Part shown: in pieces, positions 19,327-28,234 of the stretch | Layout of the letters: every line of letters starts with the position of its first letter | How positions within the stretch are numbered: the stretch's first letter is position 1 | Source: a virus | Taxonomy: Duplodnaviria; Heunggongvirae; Uroviricota; Caudoviricetes | Virus record (IMG/VR): IMGVR_UViG_3300017722_002988 | Location: 131,760 to 195,759 of that record | Direction: 5' to 3' (one strand) | Length of the DNA: 64,000 nt | Program-made: the position numbers and the translations under genes | Notes under the pieces: model-generated | Seen by the model: the letters and a program-made list of their open reading frames with translations, nothing else | Told to the model about the DNA's origin: nothing | The model's database searches: none

Positions 19327-19764
19327 ATGGAACGTAAGACCCTAGGCATCGCGCAGGTCCTCGAAATGACCTCCAAGCAAAAGACCAAGCAGGAAAAGAT
19401 CGCCTTCCTGCAGGCAAATTTCAGTGCAACTCTAGCTGATGTTCTCATCTTGGGACTGCATCCCTCGGTGAAATGGCTCCTGCCTGAAGGAGCTCCTCCC
19501 TATACCAAGAACGACATGGACAATCAAGAGTTCGTGATGTTCCGCCAGGTGAAGAAGCTGTATATGTTCCTCGACGGTGGTGGTAACCATCTGAAGCAAC
19601 TGCAGCGTGAGAAGATCTTCGTTGATGTTCTCCAGTCCCTGGCTCCGGCTGACGCCGAGCTGCTCATCTCCATCAAGGATAAGAAGCTTCCTTATGGTCT
19701 GACAGCTGACCTGATTCGTGAGGCGCTGCCTCAACTGAATCTTCCTGAGCCCGCCCAGGCTTAA
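19327..19764 (+). CDS. Conserved T4-like hypothetical protein
   Basis: KWLLPEGAPPY...REKIF...L..L...DAELL..IKDKKL. Confidence 0.7.
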   Translation: MERKTLGIAQVLEMTSKQKTKQEKIAFLQANFSATLADVLILGLHPSVKWLLPEGAPPYTKNDMDNQEFVMFRQVKKLYMFLDGGGNHLKQLQREKIFVDVLQSLAPADAELLISIKDKKLPYGLTADLIREALPQLNLPEPAQA

Positions 19765-19776
19765 AGGAACACGGTC

Positions 19777-20010
19777 ATTCCAACCTACACATTCCGAAAC
19801 AAAGACACCGAAGAAGAGTTCGATGCGGTCATTTCCATGTCCGCTTACGACTCCTATCTCGAAGAGAATCCCCATCTGGAGAGGGTATGGACCGCTAAGG
19901 CCCCAGCACTCATTAGTGGGGTAACCGCAAAACCGTCTGAGGGTTTTAGGGATCTCCTCAAGGGGATCCATAAAGGCGCCGGGAGGCAGAGCAACATTAA
20001 CGTGTATTAA
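19777..20010 (+). CDS. FmdB-like small protein, apparent ATT start (not in ORF track)
   Basis: AAGGA RBS 8 nt before ATT CCA ACC TAC ACA TTC, giving (M)PTYTFRNKDTEEEF...YLEENPHL...GFRDLLKGI. Confidence 0.7.
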   Translation: MPTYTFRNKDTEEEFDAVISMSAYDSYLEENPHLERVWTAKAPALISGVTAKPSEGFRDLLKGIHKGAGRQSNINVY

Positions 20011-20038
20011 AAACAAGAACCCCCATAGAGAGGTCAAA

Positions 20039-20785
20039 ATGCAGTCAACTAAGCCGCTGACAAAGAGACAGCGTCGTCTCATGGAAGGAGCAGTCCAACA
20101 GGTGGATGCTCCAACATTCAAGACACATTTCAGGATGCAGAGGGTCGAACCCCTAACTGATAACCAGTCCTTGGCAATGGCTGCGTACAATCGTGGTGAT
20201 AATCTACTTCTGCATGGAATGGCAGGAACCGGTAAGACCTTCCTAGCTTTGGCCATGGCTCTTCAAGACATGATGGCCGGTGACGTATCACAGAAGAAGG
20301 TCACGATCGTCAGATCCGTTCTTCCAACTAGAGACATCGGCTTCCTGCCAGGATCTATTGAGGAAAAGATTGGAGTCTATGAGGCACCATATATTGCGCT
20401 GTGCACTGAACTCTTCGGCAGGGCTGATGCTTACGGCATCCTTAAGAGTAAGGGTGTGATCGAGTTCATCCCAACCTCGTTCGTTCGAGGAGTGACCATC
20501 CAGGATTCCATCATTATCCTCGATGAGGTCAACAACTGCACCTTCCACGAAATCGATTCTATCATCACAAGACCCGGCAAAAATTGTCGTTTACTTATTT
20601 GCGGTGATATGAGACAATCAGACTTGACGAGGGAGCAAGAACGTGCTGGTCTCGGAGACTTCATCCGTATCGTCGACCGCATGAAGTCTTTCTCTCACAT
20701 TGAGTTTGAAGAAGAAGACATCGTACGAAGCGACTTGGTCAAGGAATACCTGATCGCCAAGGAGCGCTACCTAAGGACCAAATGA
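20039..20785 (+). CDS. phoH: PhoH-like ATPase
   Basis: GMAGTGKTF, GFLPGSIEEK, FVRGVTI, GDMRQSDL, DIVRS.LVK. Confidence 0.95.
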   Translation: MQSTKPLTKRQRRLMEGAVQQVDAPTFKTHFRMQRVEPLTDNQSLAMAAYNRGDNLLLHGMAGTGKTFLALAMALQDMMAGDVSQKKVTIVRSVLPTRDIGFLPGSIEEKIGVYEAPYIALCTELFGRADAYGILKSKGVIEFIPTSFVRGVTIQDSIIILDEVNNCTFHEIDSIITRPGKNCRLLICGDMRQSDLTREQERAGLGDFIRIVDRMKSFSHIEFEEEDIVRSDLVKEYLIAKERYLRTK

Positions 20786-21456
20786 TCTTTCATCATGAAC
20801 TATTTGAGTTTCACAAGCTCACACAAATAAACAGCGACGCCGGTAGGAAGTACGAAACTCCTACCGGCGAACGCTATCCATCAGTGACCACAGTCATTGG
20901 CGCCATGTCGGATAAGTCCGGCCTAGATGAATGGCGCAAGAGGGTCGGCTATGCCGAGTCCATCAAGATAGGTCAACAGGCCGCCAAGCGCGGCTCAGCC
21001 ATGCACAAGATGTGCGAGGAATATCTGGCTAACCTTCCAGTCGAGAAGGACGAACACATGCTCGGCCTGAACCGAGAGATGTTTGACTCCATCAGGCCGC
21101 TCCTAGATGCACACGTGACTAAGGTTCATGGCATCGAGTTCCCCGTCTATTCCCACAAGCTCAAGACTGCAGGCACCGTCGACTTCTTCTGTGAGTGGGA
21201 CGGTAAGAAGACAGTCCTCGACTTCAAGACATCATCGAAAGCCAAACGTGAAGATTGGATCGAGGGCTACTTTATCCAAGCGACCATCTACGTGATGTGT
21301 CTGTGGGAGATCTACGGCATCAGGGTTGAGCAGATCGCTGTCCTGATCGCCGTGGAGCATGATCAGCCCCAATTGTTTGTGAAGGACCCAATGGACTATA
21401 TGCCACGGGCCCTTCACATGTTCAAAGCGTATCACGCCGGCAGGCGCACCAACTAG
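20782..21456 (+). CDS. PD-(D/E)XK exonuclease (Cas4/RecB-like phage exonuclease)
   Basis: YPSVTTV, RGSAMH, AGTVD...DFKTS, YFIQAT.Y. Confidence 0.85.
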   Translation: MIFHHELFEFHKLTQINSDAGRKYETPTGERYPSVTTVIGAMSDKSGLDEWRKRVGYAESIKIGQQAAKRGSAMHKMCEEYLANLPVEKDEHMLGLNREMFDSIRPLLDAHVTKVHGIEFPVYSHKLKTAGTVDFFCEWDGKKTVLDFKTSSKAKREDWIEGYFIQATIYVMCLWEIYGIRVEQIAVLIAVEHDQPQLFVKDPMDYMPRALHMFKAYHAGRRTN

Positions 21457-21827
21457 AGCTTGGTGATTTTCTCAGGCTCGGCCAGAAGGATCGAACCGCC
21501 CCCGCCCCAAGTCATCCAGCCTTTCAAAGTATAGGCCTTCTTGATGACGTCCTCAAGGGTCCCCTCGAAGTAGCCGAGAACCGGCTCATGGTGGTATCCA
21601 CCCATGTCAGGGTTCGAGTCTTCACCCTTGACGCACCAGATGCCGTATTTCGAGAGATCGTACTTCTCAAGCAGCCGCTTGCCGCTGTAAGAGCGGCCGA
21701 AGTGGAACACGTGGTCCGACTTGGCACGAAAAGCCTCATCAGCCCGAAGCGCATCGATCTCGTTGTCGTAAGTTTTGCCGTCGTCCGATTGGAACGCAGT
21801 CTTCATAACTTGAACGGTCTTAACCAT
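21453..21827 (-). CDS. Hypothetical early protein
   Basis: AAGGAAG RBS, ATG at 21827, 124 aa; downstream of a minus-strand early promoter. Confidence 0.65.
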   Translation of the reverse strand: MVKTVQVMKTAFQSDDGKTYDNEIDALRADEAFRAKSDHVFHFGRSYSGKRLLEKYDLSKYGIWCVKGEDSNPDMGGYHHEPVLGYFEGTLEDVIKKAYTLKGWMTWGGGGSILLAEPEKITKL

Positions 21828-21996
21828 TGGTCTTCCTTGTTGCGGTGTAAACACCTTTGCGATAATCAAGTCCAAGATCATAGAGAGCCTTGACGCGGGC
21901 AGTCCGGTTTTCACCTTCGACCCAAGTCCAGCCTTCGGCATCCCGCACTTTGAGCAGGAGGTCGGCAGCGATACGGGCTCGAATAACCTTTTTCAT
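21820..21996 (-). CDS. 58 aa leaderless early protein
   Basis: ATG 6 nt after the -10 TATTAT on the minus strand; MKKVIRARIAADLLLKVRDAEGW... Confidence 0.6.
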   Translation of the reverse strand: MKKVIRARIAADLLLKVRDAEGWTWVEGENRTARVKALYDLGLDYRKGVYTATRKTNG

Positions 21997-22002
21997 AATT
22001 TC

Positions 22003-22031
22003 ATAATACGAAGTGTGGCAATTAAGTACAC
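22003..22031 (-). promoter_or_regulatory. Early promoter (leftward)
   Basis: Reverse strand GTGTAC-17-TATTAT. Confidence 0.8.
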
Positions 22032-22042
22032 ACATCTTTTCG

Positions 22043-22071
22043 TTGTACAAGAATATGGAATGTCGTACTAT
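22043..22071 (+). promoter_or_regulatory. Early promoter (rightward, leaderless)
   Basis: TTGTAC-17-TACTAT; ATG at 22078. Confidence 0.8.
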
Positions 22072-22077
22072 AAGAGT

Positions 22078-22872
22078 ATGACCAGACGATTCGCACCCAT
22101 CGATTCCATCATCCCGATCACTGATCGGAACCGGAACGAACTGATGCCTCGCCATGAGATGGCGAGCTACGCAGTAGCCTATCTTAAAGGCCACAACGGT
22201 CACTATTATCTGATCACCCCGTGGCGCTATGGCACTCCTTACATCATCCGGCTTTACACGAAGAATCAGATTCGTGAATCCAACGTGTTGGAAGCCGGCC
22301 TCGACCGCGACGAGGTTCTCGACTGCGACGGTCGGCTGACCACTCAAGCAAGGAGACAATTCATGATGGCCGTGAACGATCATCGGGCCTTCCACTATGT
22401 CCCGAAGGTTGTTGACAGCCAGCGGAGGTCCTGCTACCGCTGGGAGGCTGCTTTCCATCACGAGATGCTTGAGACCACTGGCAAGCACCATGGCTTCACC
22501 ACGATCGAGAACTGTGCCAAGTATGTAGAGATCATCCTGCAAAAGGAAGGGGTCACCAAAATCCCCGAGATCAAATATACGAAGAAGGGCAGCACCTCGT
22601 GCGCTTGGGGTGATTGGAAACTCAAGTTCCTCGTCAACTCGGATAACAAGGTTGCCGTAGATACGATCATCCACGAGCTGGCTCACATCATCGACTCGTC
22701 GCGTGGCCGGAATCGTGCGGCTGAGCCAGGTCATGGTCCGAAGTTCATCGGTATCTACATCGACCTTCTCGTTCGCTATCTGAGTGTCGATCGTGATTTC
22801 CTCGAGCGCACTGCTCGGCAACACGGTCTCCGCATTGACTACGATCGTGCGGTTATGGCAAAAGCAGCCTGA
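22078..22872 (+). CDS. SprT-like zinc metalloprotease domain protein
   Basis: TIIHELAH...GHGPKF. Confidence 0.7.
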   Translation: MTRRFAPIDSIIPITDRNRNELMPRHEMASYAVAYLKGHNGHYYLITPWRYGTPYIIRLYTKNQIRESNVLEAGLDRDEVLDCDGRLTTQARRQFMMAVNDHRAFHYVPKVVDSQRRSCYRWEAAFHHEMLETTGKHHGFTTIENCAKYVEIILQKEGVTKIPEIKYTKKGSTSCAWGDWKLKFLVNSDNKVAVDTIIHELAHIIDSSRGRNRAAEPGHGPKFIGIYIDLLVRYLSVDRDFLERTARQHGLRIDYDRAVMAKAA

Positions 22873-22884
22873 CCGCACTTTTTA

Positions 22885-22913
22885 GTGTTCTTATTTGTGC
22901 AATGTCTTATTAT
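22885..22913 (+). promoter_or_regulatory. Early promoter
   Basis: GTGTTC-17-TATTAT. Confidence 0.65.
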
Positions 22914-22944
22914 AAGAGAGTAAGACAGAAACAAGGAAACTAAC

Positions 22945-23802
22945 ATGCCCCGTGGCGTCCCTCGCGCTGGTTTTCGTAACACGAAGAACCGCAAAGCCGC
23001 AACCACCACTACGAGCGTTCCTGACACCTTTGAGAGTGTCGAGACGTTCGAGCAAGCCGAGCTCCGCATCCGCGAGCGCTTCGAGGTTCTGGACGAGTTC
23101 GTTCAAGACTCGATCAACGGCGATGTCACCAGCCTGATCGTCTCGGGTCCTGGCGGCCTCGGCAAGTCCTTCCGGACTCACAAGGCCCTGAAGGATTGGG
23201 ATGCTCGCAAGCAGAACCACTCGGTCACCAAGGGTTACTGCAAGGCCACCGGCCTCTACCGTCTGCTCTGGAAGCACCGTGCTCCCGGTCAAGTCATCTG
23301 CTTCGATGACTGCGACTCGGTTCTGTTCGACGAGACGGCTCTCAACTTCCTGAAGGCTGCCTGCGATACCTCGGCTCAACGCATCATCAGCTACTCGGCT
23401 GAATATGACATGTTCGACGAGGAAGGCGGCGAGAACATTCCCCGCGAGTTCCAGTTCGAAGGCACGATCATCTTCATCTCGAACATCGACTGGGATGCCC
23501 AAGTCGACAAGGGCTCGAAGCTGGCTCCGCACCTCGGCGCCATGATCAGCCGGTCGCACTACATCGATCTCGGTCTGAAGACGAAGCGTGACCTCCTCAT
23601 CCGCATCAAGCACGTCATCGAAGACGGCGCTCTCGATGAGATGGAACTGTCGGCTGAAGAGCAGAACGATGTGGTCGGCTTCATCAATGAGAACGCTGAC
23701 AAGCTTCGTGAACTGTCGGTTCGCATTCTGCTGAAGGTCGCCACTCTCCGTAAGGTCAACCCCAAGTGGGAGCGTGCGGCCAAAGTCAGCTGCTGCCGCT
23801 AG
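22945..23802 (+). CDS. AAA+ ATPase of T4-like phages
   Basis: Walker A GPGGLGKS, Walker B ICFDDCD, IIFISN. Confidence 0.85.
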   Translation: MPRGVPRAGFRNTKNRKAATTTTSVPDTFESVETFEQAELRIRERFEVLDEFVQDSINGDVTSLIVSGPGGLGKSFRTHKALKDWDARKQNHSVTKGYCKATGLYRLLWKHRAPGQVICFDDCDSVLFDETALNFLKAACDTSAQRIISYSAEYDMFDEEGGENIPREFQFEGTIIFISNIDWDAQVDKGSKLAPHLGAMISRSHYIDLGLKTKRDLLIRIKHVIEDGALDEMELSAEEQNDVVGFINENADKLRELSVRILLKVATLRKVNPKWERAAKVSCCR

Positions 23803-23841
23803 GAGACCATAAATATGCTCAGTCAACCGAGGAGTGCACGT

Positions 23842-24063
23842 ATGGTCGAAGCTGACATCAATCCGTACGGAACGGACATCGTCGATGTCCTTGAAGACGA
23901 GATCACCATGCTCTTGAAAGAGCTTGAGTATCACAAGAAAATGTCGAAGGTGAAGGTGAAGGGCCCCAACATCCATAAAAAGATGTTGGTCGCCAAAGAG
24001 CGGAGCATGCGCCGGCTGCTCGACCTTCATCCGGACGGCGAAGAGTTCCTGTTCGACCTCTAA
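23842..24063 (+). CDS. Hypothetical protein behind late-promoter motif CATAAATA (23808-23815)
   Basis: AGGAG RBS and ORF. Confidence 0.55.
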   Translation: MVEADINPYGTDIVDVLEDEITMLLKELEYHKKMSKVKVKGPNIHKKMLVAKERSMRRLLDLHPDGEEFLFDL

Positions 24064-24070
24064 AATAAGT

Positions 24071-24099
24071 GTGTACATAAATGCAGGACTTCGTATTAT
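24071..24099 (+). promoter_or_regulatory. Early promoter
   Basis: GTGTAC-17-TATTAT. Confidence 0.8.
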
Positions 24100-24123
24100 A
24101 GGAATATAACCTGGATACGAAAA

Positions 24124-24282
24124 ATGTTTGATGCTAAGTTTCTTGCCAAGGATTTTGTCGGTGGAAAACTGCCGACCAAAGTCGGCGAAATCGCCAAAGT
24201 CAAGGAGTTCTTCGGTCAGAAGAATGCTCAGGTTCGCGTTGTCGAACTGTGGGGTTCTTCGGTTCTGGCGAGTCTCCTGTGA
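24124..24282 (+). CDS. 52 aa hypothetical protein (not in ORF track)
   Basis: Hand translation MFDAKFLAKDFVGGKLPTKVGEIAKVKEFFGQK...; GTGA overlap with the next ORF. Confidence 0.5.
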   Translation: MFDAKFLAKDFVGGKLPTKVGEIAKVKEFFGQKNAQVRVVELWGSSVLASLL

Positions 24283-24461
24283 ATCGCTATCGGTCAACCC
24301 TCGTAAATCCTGAGGGCTACCGCCTATCGGCCACTCTGCCTTCCGACGGTGCGCCTCTTTGGCGTCAGCCGGGCGAGACTGCGGAGGCTTGGGCCAACAA
24401 TCATCCTGAGCATTCCAAGCACGGTCCTTGGACCGTCGTTGAAACGGATCGAGCTGCATAA
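24279..24461 (+). CDS. Hypothetical protein
   Basis: GTG start in a coupled gene array. Confidence 0.5.
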   Translation: MNRYRSTLVNPEGYRLSATLPSDGAPLWRQPGETAEAWANNHPEHSKHGPWTVVETDRAA

Positions 24462-24739
24462 TGTTTCGCAAACGTTATCCCTACGTCGTTGAGCTGCTTC
24501 ATAGCGGCCATCATCCCTACGTTTCTGATCCCACCTACGACATGTTCGAGGGGATCAAGCAGGAACAGGTTCACGTGATGGCCACGGGCTATGATGATGC
24601 GGCCAAGCGAGCATTCCGTGAATCCAAAGTCCGGTCGTGGAGAACCACGGTTTGGACTGTTCGTCATAAAGAAGCAGGTGAGCATCTGCTTCCGGGCCGC
24701 CCGGCCCCATTCTATCGCTGTGGACAGAAAGCTAAATAA
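24461..24739 (+). CDS. Hypothetical protein
   Basis: TAATG coupled, 92 aa. Confidence 0.55.
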   Translation: MFRKRYPYVVELLHSGHHPYVSDPTYDMFEGIKQEQVHVMATGYDDAAKRAFRESKVRSWRTTVWTVRHKEAGEHLLPGRPAPFYRCGQKAK

Positions 24740-25683
24740 TGAAAAAAACCGTAATCGTTGACATGGACGGCACGATCGCCGACTGCGAGCATCGCAGACA
24801 CCACGTCGACACTGGAAACTGGCCTGCCTTCTTCGAGGGCATGCATGAGGATGGCGTGTTCGAACATACCCGCGAGGTCGTGTTCGCTCTGCATGCTGCA
24901 GGTTATGCCATCGTAATCGTTACGGCTCGTCCGGACGAGAACGACTATCGTGCCAAGTCGGTTGAGTGGCTGAACCGTCATGGGTTCACTTACGACGCCA
25001 TCTACATGCGCAAGGGCGGTGACTATCGCAAGGACAATATCGTCAAGAAGGAAATCCTGATGGATTTGCTGAACGATGGGTATGAGCCGGTGATGGCGCT
25101 GGATGACCGCAATCAGGTCGTTGCCATGTGGCGCGAGATGGGTATCCCCTGCATGCAGGTGAACGAAGGCGACTTCGACAACCGCCAGTCGCGCTACGTG
25201 CGTGACAATCAGGGCAAGGAAATGCTGCACATGATGATCGGCCCTTCGGGTGCCGGTAAGTCGACTCTGATCAAGCAGCGTTACCGTCCTGAGGACGTGG
25301 TCTCGTCTGACCAAGTCCGTCGTGATCTGTTCGGTTCGCATGACGCTGCCCATGTCCACAACCCTGACAACCTGGCTCTGACGTGGGCTTACACCCACAA
25401 GCTGGTTCAGGCTCGGATGGAATGTGGTCTGTTCACCGTTCTGGACTCGACTGGACTGCGCCGTAAGGACCGTCTGTCGGTTCTGGAACTGGTTCCTCAT
25501 GGGTATCTGGTCCGCTATGTCGTGGTCGACCGTGACTATGACGAGAAGATCAAGGACCGTGATTGGCGTCCTGTGGCTCTGATCGACAAGCACCATCAGG
25601 CCATGAAGTCGGCTCTGAAGGACGTCATGAAGGCGGATGGCTTCGGCCATATCGTCGTGGAAGACACGCGTAAGAAGCGCTGA
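24739..25683 (+). CDS. pnk: Polynucleotide 3'-phosphatase/5'-kinase with HAD domain N-terminal and kinase C-terminal
   Basis: DMDGT, DYRKD.IVK.E, DDR.QVV.MWR (T4 PseT-like phosphatase); GPSGAGKST, SSD.VR, VLDST (P-loop kinase). Confidence 0.85.
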   Translation: MKKTVIVDMDGTIADCEHRRHHVDTGNWPAFFEGMHEDGVFEHTREVVFALHAAGYAIVIVTARPDENDYRAKSVEWLNRHGFTYDAIYMRKGGDYRKDNIVKKEILMDLLNDGYEPVMALDDRNQVVAMWREMGIPCMQVNEGDFDNRQSRYVRDNQGKEMLHMMIGPSGAGKSTLIKQRYRPEDVVSSDQVRRDLFGSHDAAHVHNPDNLALTWAYTHKLVQARMECGLFTVLDSTGLRRKDRLSVLELVPHGYLVRYVVVDRDYDEKIKDRDWRPVALIDKHHQAMKSALKDVMKADGFGHIVVEDTRKKR

Positions 25684-25696
25684 AACTGGTGGTGAT

Positions 25697-25704
25697 CATA
25701 AATA
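25697..25704 (+). promoter_or_regulatory. Late promoter in the loop of a 9-bp inverted repeat
   Basis: GGTGGTGAT-CATAAATAG-GTCACCACC. Confidence 0.6.
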
Positions 25705-25732
25705 GGTCACCACCTCTTCCAAGGAATTCACA

Positions 25733-25954
25733 ATGCGTCCTATCAAAACCGTCCTGTCTGAAGCTGTTGCTACCGGTTCTATCAAAGAGCTAAGGGCTCG
25801 TCAGGCAGCTTCTCTGGCAGCACATCATAAGCTCCACGCAGAACTTGAAGCCCAGATTGTTGCCATCAGGAAGAAGCAAGGCACGAAGCCCAAGGCGCCG
25901 GACTACTCTGGATACCATGAGGCAGGGCGAGACGCTGATCGCCGTCGAGGCTAA
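25733..25954 (+). CDS. Small basic protein with capsid-targeting-like leader
   Basis: MRPIKTVLSE (E at position 10); follows a late promoter. Confidence 0.55.
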   Translation: MRPIKTVLSEAVATGSIKELRARQAASLAAHHKLHAELEAQIVAIRKKQGTKPKAPDYSGYHEAGRDADRRRG

Positions 25955-25983
25955 TAGCCTCTTATTTTATTATGAGGAAGTGA

Positions 25984-26475
25984 ATGCAGCCGACACATCC
26001 GTTTCAGACGGACAAATGGCTATCACCGTATCTCGCGGTGTCAGCCTCTTCCATGTACCGATCATTCAAAGACGAGACGACACTATTTCTAGAGGAGGTC
26101 ACTCCCTTCTTGCAAGAGATAAGAGCGCTCTTCCCAACCTTAAAGAGAGAACCGACTGTTCGCGTGTGTCATATACGCTGGAACACGGGCATGTTTTACG
26201 GGGTTTGGAATCCTCCCGTACTCATGATAGACGCTCGTCTAAAGCTTGCTGAAGCTATTGAGACCCTCATCCATGAATATGTCCACGCTGAACAGTGGGA
26301 CCGCGGTGACATTGTATTCCATGGCGGAGAGATTCACTGGAAGCAATCAATATTGATCCAAGACGCAGTGGCTCATGCTAGATCTGAAGACGCTTATAAG
26401 GCTCTTCCTTGGGAACAAGAAGCATATGAGCGTGCTGATTTCTTGTATCAGAAACATTTTGCCCATCGCCTATAA
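25984..26475 (+). CDS. Zinc metallopeptidase-like protein
   Basis: ETLIHEYVHAEQW...PWEQEA. Confidence 0.7.
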   Translation: MQPTHPFQTDKWLSPYLAVSASSMYRSFKDETTLFLEEVTPFLQEIRALFPTLKREPTVRVCHIRWNTGMFYGVWNPPVLMIDARLKLAEAIETLIHEYVHAEQWDRGDIVFHGGEIHWKQSILIQDAVAHARSEDAYKALPWEQEAYERADFLYQKHFAHRL

Positions 26476-26480
26476 TAGTT

Positions 26481-26510
26481 GTGTACCTATTTTCCTGATC
26501 TTTGTATTAT
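26481..26510 (+). promoter_or_regulatory. Early promoter
   Basis: GTGTAC-18-TATTAT. Confidence 0.65.
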
Positions 26511-26537
26511 GAGAATAACTGTAACGGAGATTATATC

Positions 26538-27500
26538 ATGTCCCACGAAATTGAATTCCAAGACGGCAAAGCTCAAATGGCATGGGTCGGCCAGGTTCCT
26601 TGGCACGGCCTCGGTACCAAGGTTGATCCGGACCTTACTCCTGATGAGATGATGACCGCAGCTGGTGTTGACTGGTCAGTCCGCAAGGAACCGGCCTTCA
26701 TTGAACTGGAAGGCAAGCGCATCGACATCGGCCGTTCGGCTCTCGTGCGTGACACGGATGAACGAGTCCTTGATGTCGTTACCAACGACTGGGAGCCGCT
26801 GCAGAATGCTCAGGCATTCGAGTTCTTCAACGAGTACATTGTTGCCGGTGACATGGAGATGCACACGGCCGGCAGCCTGAAGGGTGGTCGTATTGTCTGG
26901 GCTCTTGCCAAGACCAAGGAATCCTTCAGTCTCTTCAACGGTGACACGGTCGAGAGCTATCTCCTATTCACCAACCCCCACCAGTTCGGCAAGTCGATCG
27001 ACGTTCGATTCACCAACACTCGAGTGGTCTGCAACAACACGCTGACCCTGTCGCTGAACAGCGCCAGCTCGAACATGGCTCGCATCACTCACCGCAACGA
27101 GTTCGACGCGGATGCCGTCAAGGAGACGATGGCTATCTCGAGCCGCAAGCTGTCGGACTACAAGGAGATGGCTGAGTTCCTCGGTTCGAAGCGTTACGAC
27201 AAGGAGAACATCGTCGAGTACTTCCAGCGGGTCTTCCCGGTCCTGTCCTCGAAGGAGGACGGTGGCAAGAAGGTCCTGTCGAAGAATGCCGGCATCGCCC
27301 TCGAACTGCTCGAGCAACAGCCCGGCTTCCAGTACGCACCGGGCACCTTCTGGTCGGCGTTCAACACCGCCACGTTCATGACCAACCACGTTCTCGGCCG
27401 TAGCCGTGACAACCGTCTGCAGTCGCTGTGGTACGGTGCAAACAAGAACCTCAACGTGTCGGCTCTGAAGACTGCCGTTGAAATGGCGGAGGCCGTCTGA
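26538..27500 (+). CDS. DUF932-family phage/plasmid protein
   Basis: PWHGLG, AGVDW.V, AGSL.GGR.VW.LA, TNTRVVC.NTL. Confidence 0.85.
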   Translation: MSHEIEFQDGKAQMAWVGQVPWHGLGTKVDPDLTPDEMMTAAGVDWSVRKEPAFIELEGKRIDIGRSALVRDTDERVLDVVTNDWEPLQNAQAFEFFNEYIVAGDMEMHTAGSLKGGRIVWALAKTKESFSLFNGDTVESYLLFTNPHQFGKSIDVRFTNTRVVCNNTLTLSLNSASSNMARITHRNEFDADAVKETMAISSRKLSDYKEMAEFLGSKRYDKENIVEYFQRVFPVLSSKEDGGKKVLSKNAGIALELLEQQPGFQYAPGTFWSAFNTATFMTNHVLGRSRDNRLQSLWYGANKNLNVSALKTAVEMAEAV

Positions 27501-27715
27501 TGACCGACACATATACCCAATGCAAACTCGTCCGTGAGGGATCTACTCAGGTCTCATGGATCCCATCGCGTGGTGCTATCCTTGGCAAGTTCGTCGAGGT
27601 GAAACCAGAAAATGATCGATGGGAAGTCACTGAGATCTATGGCACTCAACCTGAAGCCGTGATTCGAGACAACGAACGCAATCACGTCAATCATCGTAAG
27701 GCGACTGACGTTTAA
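27500..27715 (+). CDS. Hypothetical protein
   Basis: YTQCKL...SWIP...A.LG motif; coupled start. Confidence 0.55.
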   Translation: MTDTYTQCKLVREGSTQVSWIPSRGAILGKFVEVKPENDRWEVTEIYGTQPEAVIRDNERNHVNHRKATDV

Positions 27716-27767
27716 CCCCATTCGTGCACTGCTGGGCCCGAATATTTGTAACAATGGAGAAGAGACT

Positions 27768-28226
27768 ATGAATAAACTCACAATGCTTGGTGCAGCCGTC
27801 GCTGTAGCCCTGATGGCTTCGGCTGCTTCGGCTCAAGAAGTCGGCCTGTCTGTCGGTTCAGTTGAAGGTCGTGACACTGTCGCGTCCGCCAGCTATTCGC
27901 CGGCTGTCACTGGACCTTTCAACACGCAGGTCGAGTTCACCTATGACACGCTGGTTGGCGACAACTCGTTTGATGCTGACCTCGTCGGTGCCAACCTGGT
28001 CAAGGTCGTTAACCTGACTGATCGCCTGGCTGTCTACGGCCTCGGCGGCGTTGGCTATGCGTGGACCAACGTTGAAGACCGTGCCACCTATACGTATGGT
28101 GCCGGCGTTTCGTATGATCTGACTGACAACCTGCGTCTCGATGCACGTGTCCGTGAGGTTGAAGCCTTCGACAGCAACACCGATGCCTTTACGGTTTCGA
28201 CTGTTGGTTTCGTCGCCCGCTTCTAA
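27768..28226 (+). CDS. Outer-membrane beta-barrel protein (OmpA/Ail-like)
   Basis: Sec signal peptide (ASA-QE), amphipathic strands YGLGGVGY and YGAGVSYDL, C-terminal Phe. Confidence 0.8.
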   Translation: MNKLTMLGAAVAVALMASAASAQEVGLSVGSVEGRDTVASASYSPAVTGPFNTQVEFTYDTLVGDNSFDADLVGANLVKVVNLTDRLAVYGLGGVGYAWTNVEDRATYTYGAGVSYDLTDNLRLDARVREVEAFDSNTDAFTVSTVGFVARF

Positions 28227-28234
28227 GACTGCAT

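Noticed and set aside
20782-21456. Cas4-like nuclease as evidence of a CRISPR-related system
   Set aside because: A common stand-alone exonuclease next to phoH in T4-like phages; no cas genes or array nearby.
22891-24471. 526 aa minus-strand ORF, and similar long antisense ORFs at 16956-17861, 21820-22878, 24712-25650 and 56486-57445
   Set aside because: Shadow frames of well-supported plus-strand genes with biased codons; no RBS or family motifs. Only the last 58 codons of 21820-22878 look real.
24739-24900. Leu/Tyr-free first 50 residues and some Leu-to-Met swaps in Pnk
   Set aside because: The whole protein has ~21 Leu and 12 Tyr; the short stretch is compatible with chance, unlike the CCA gene.
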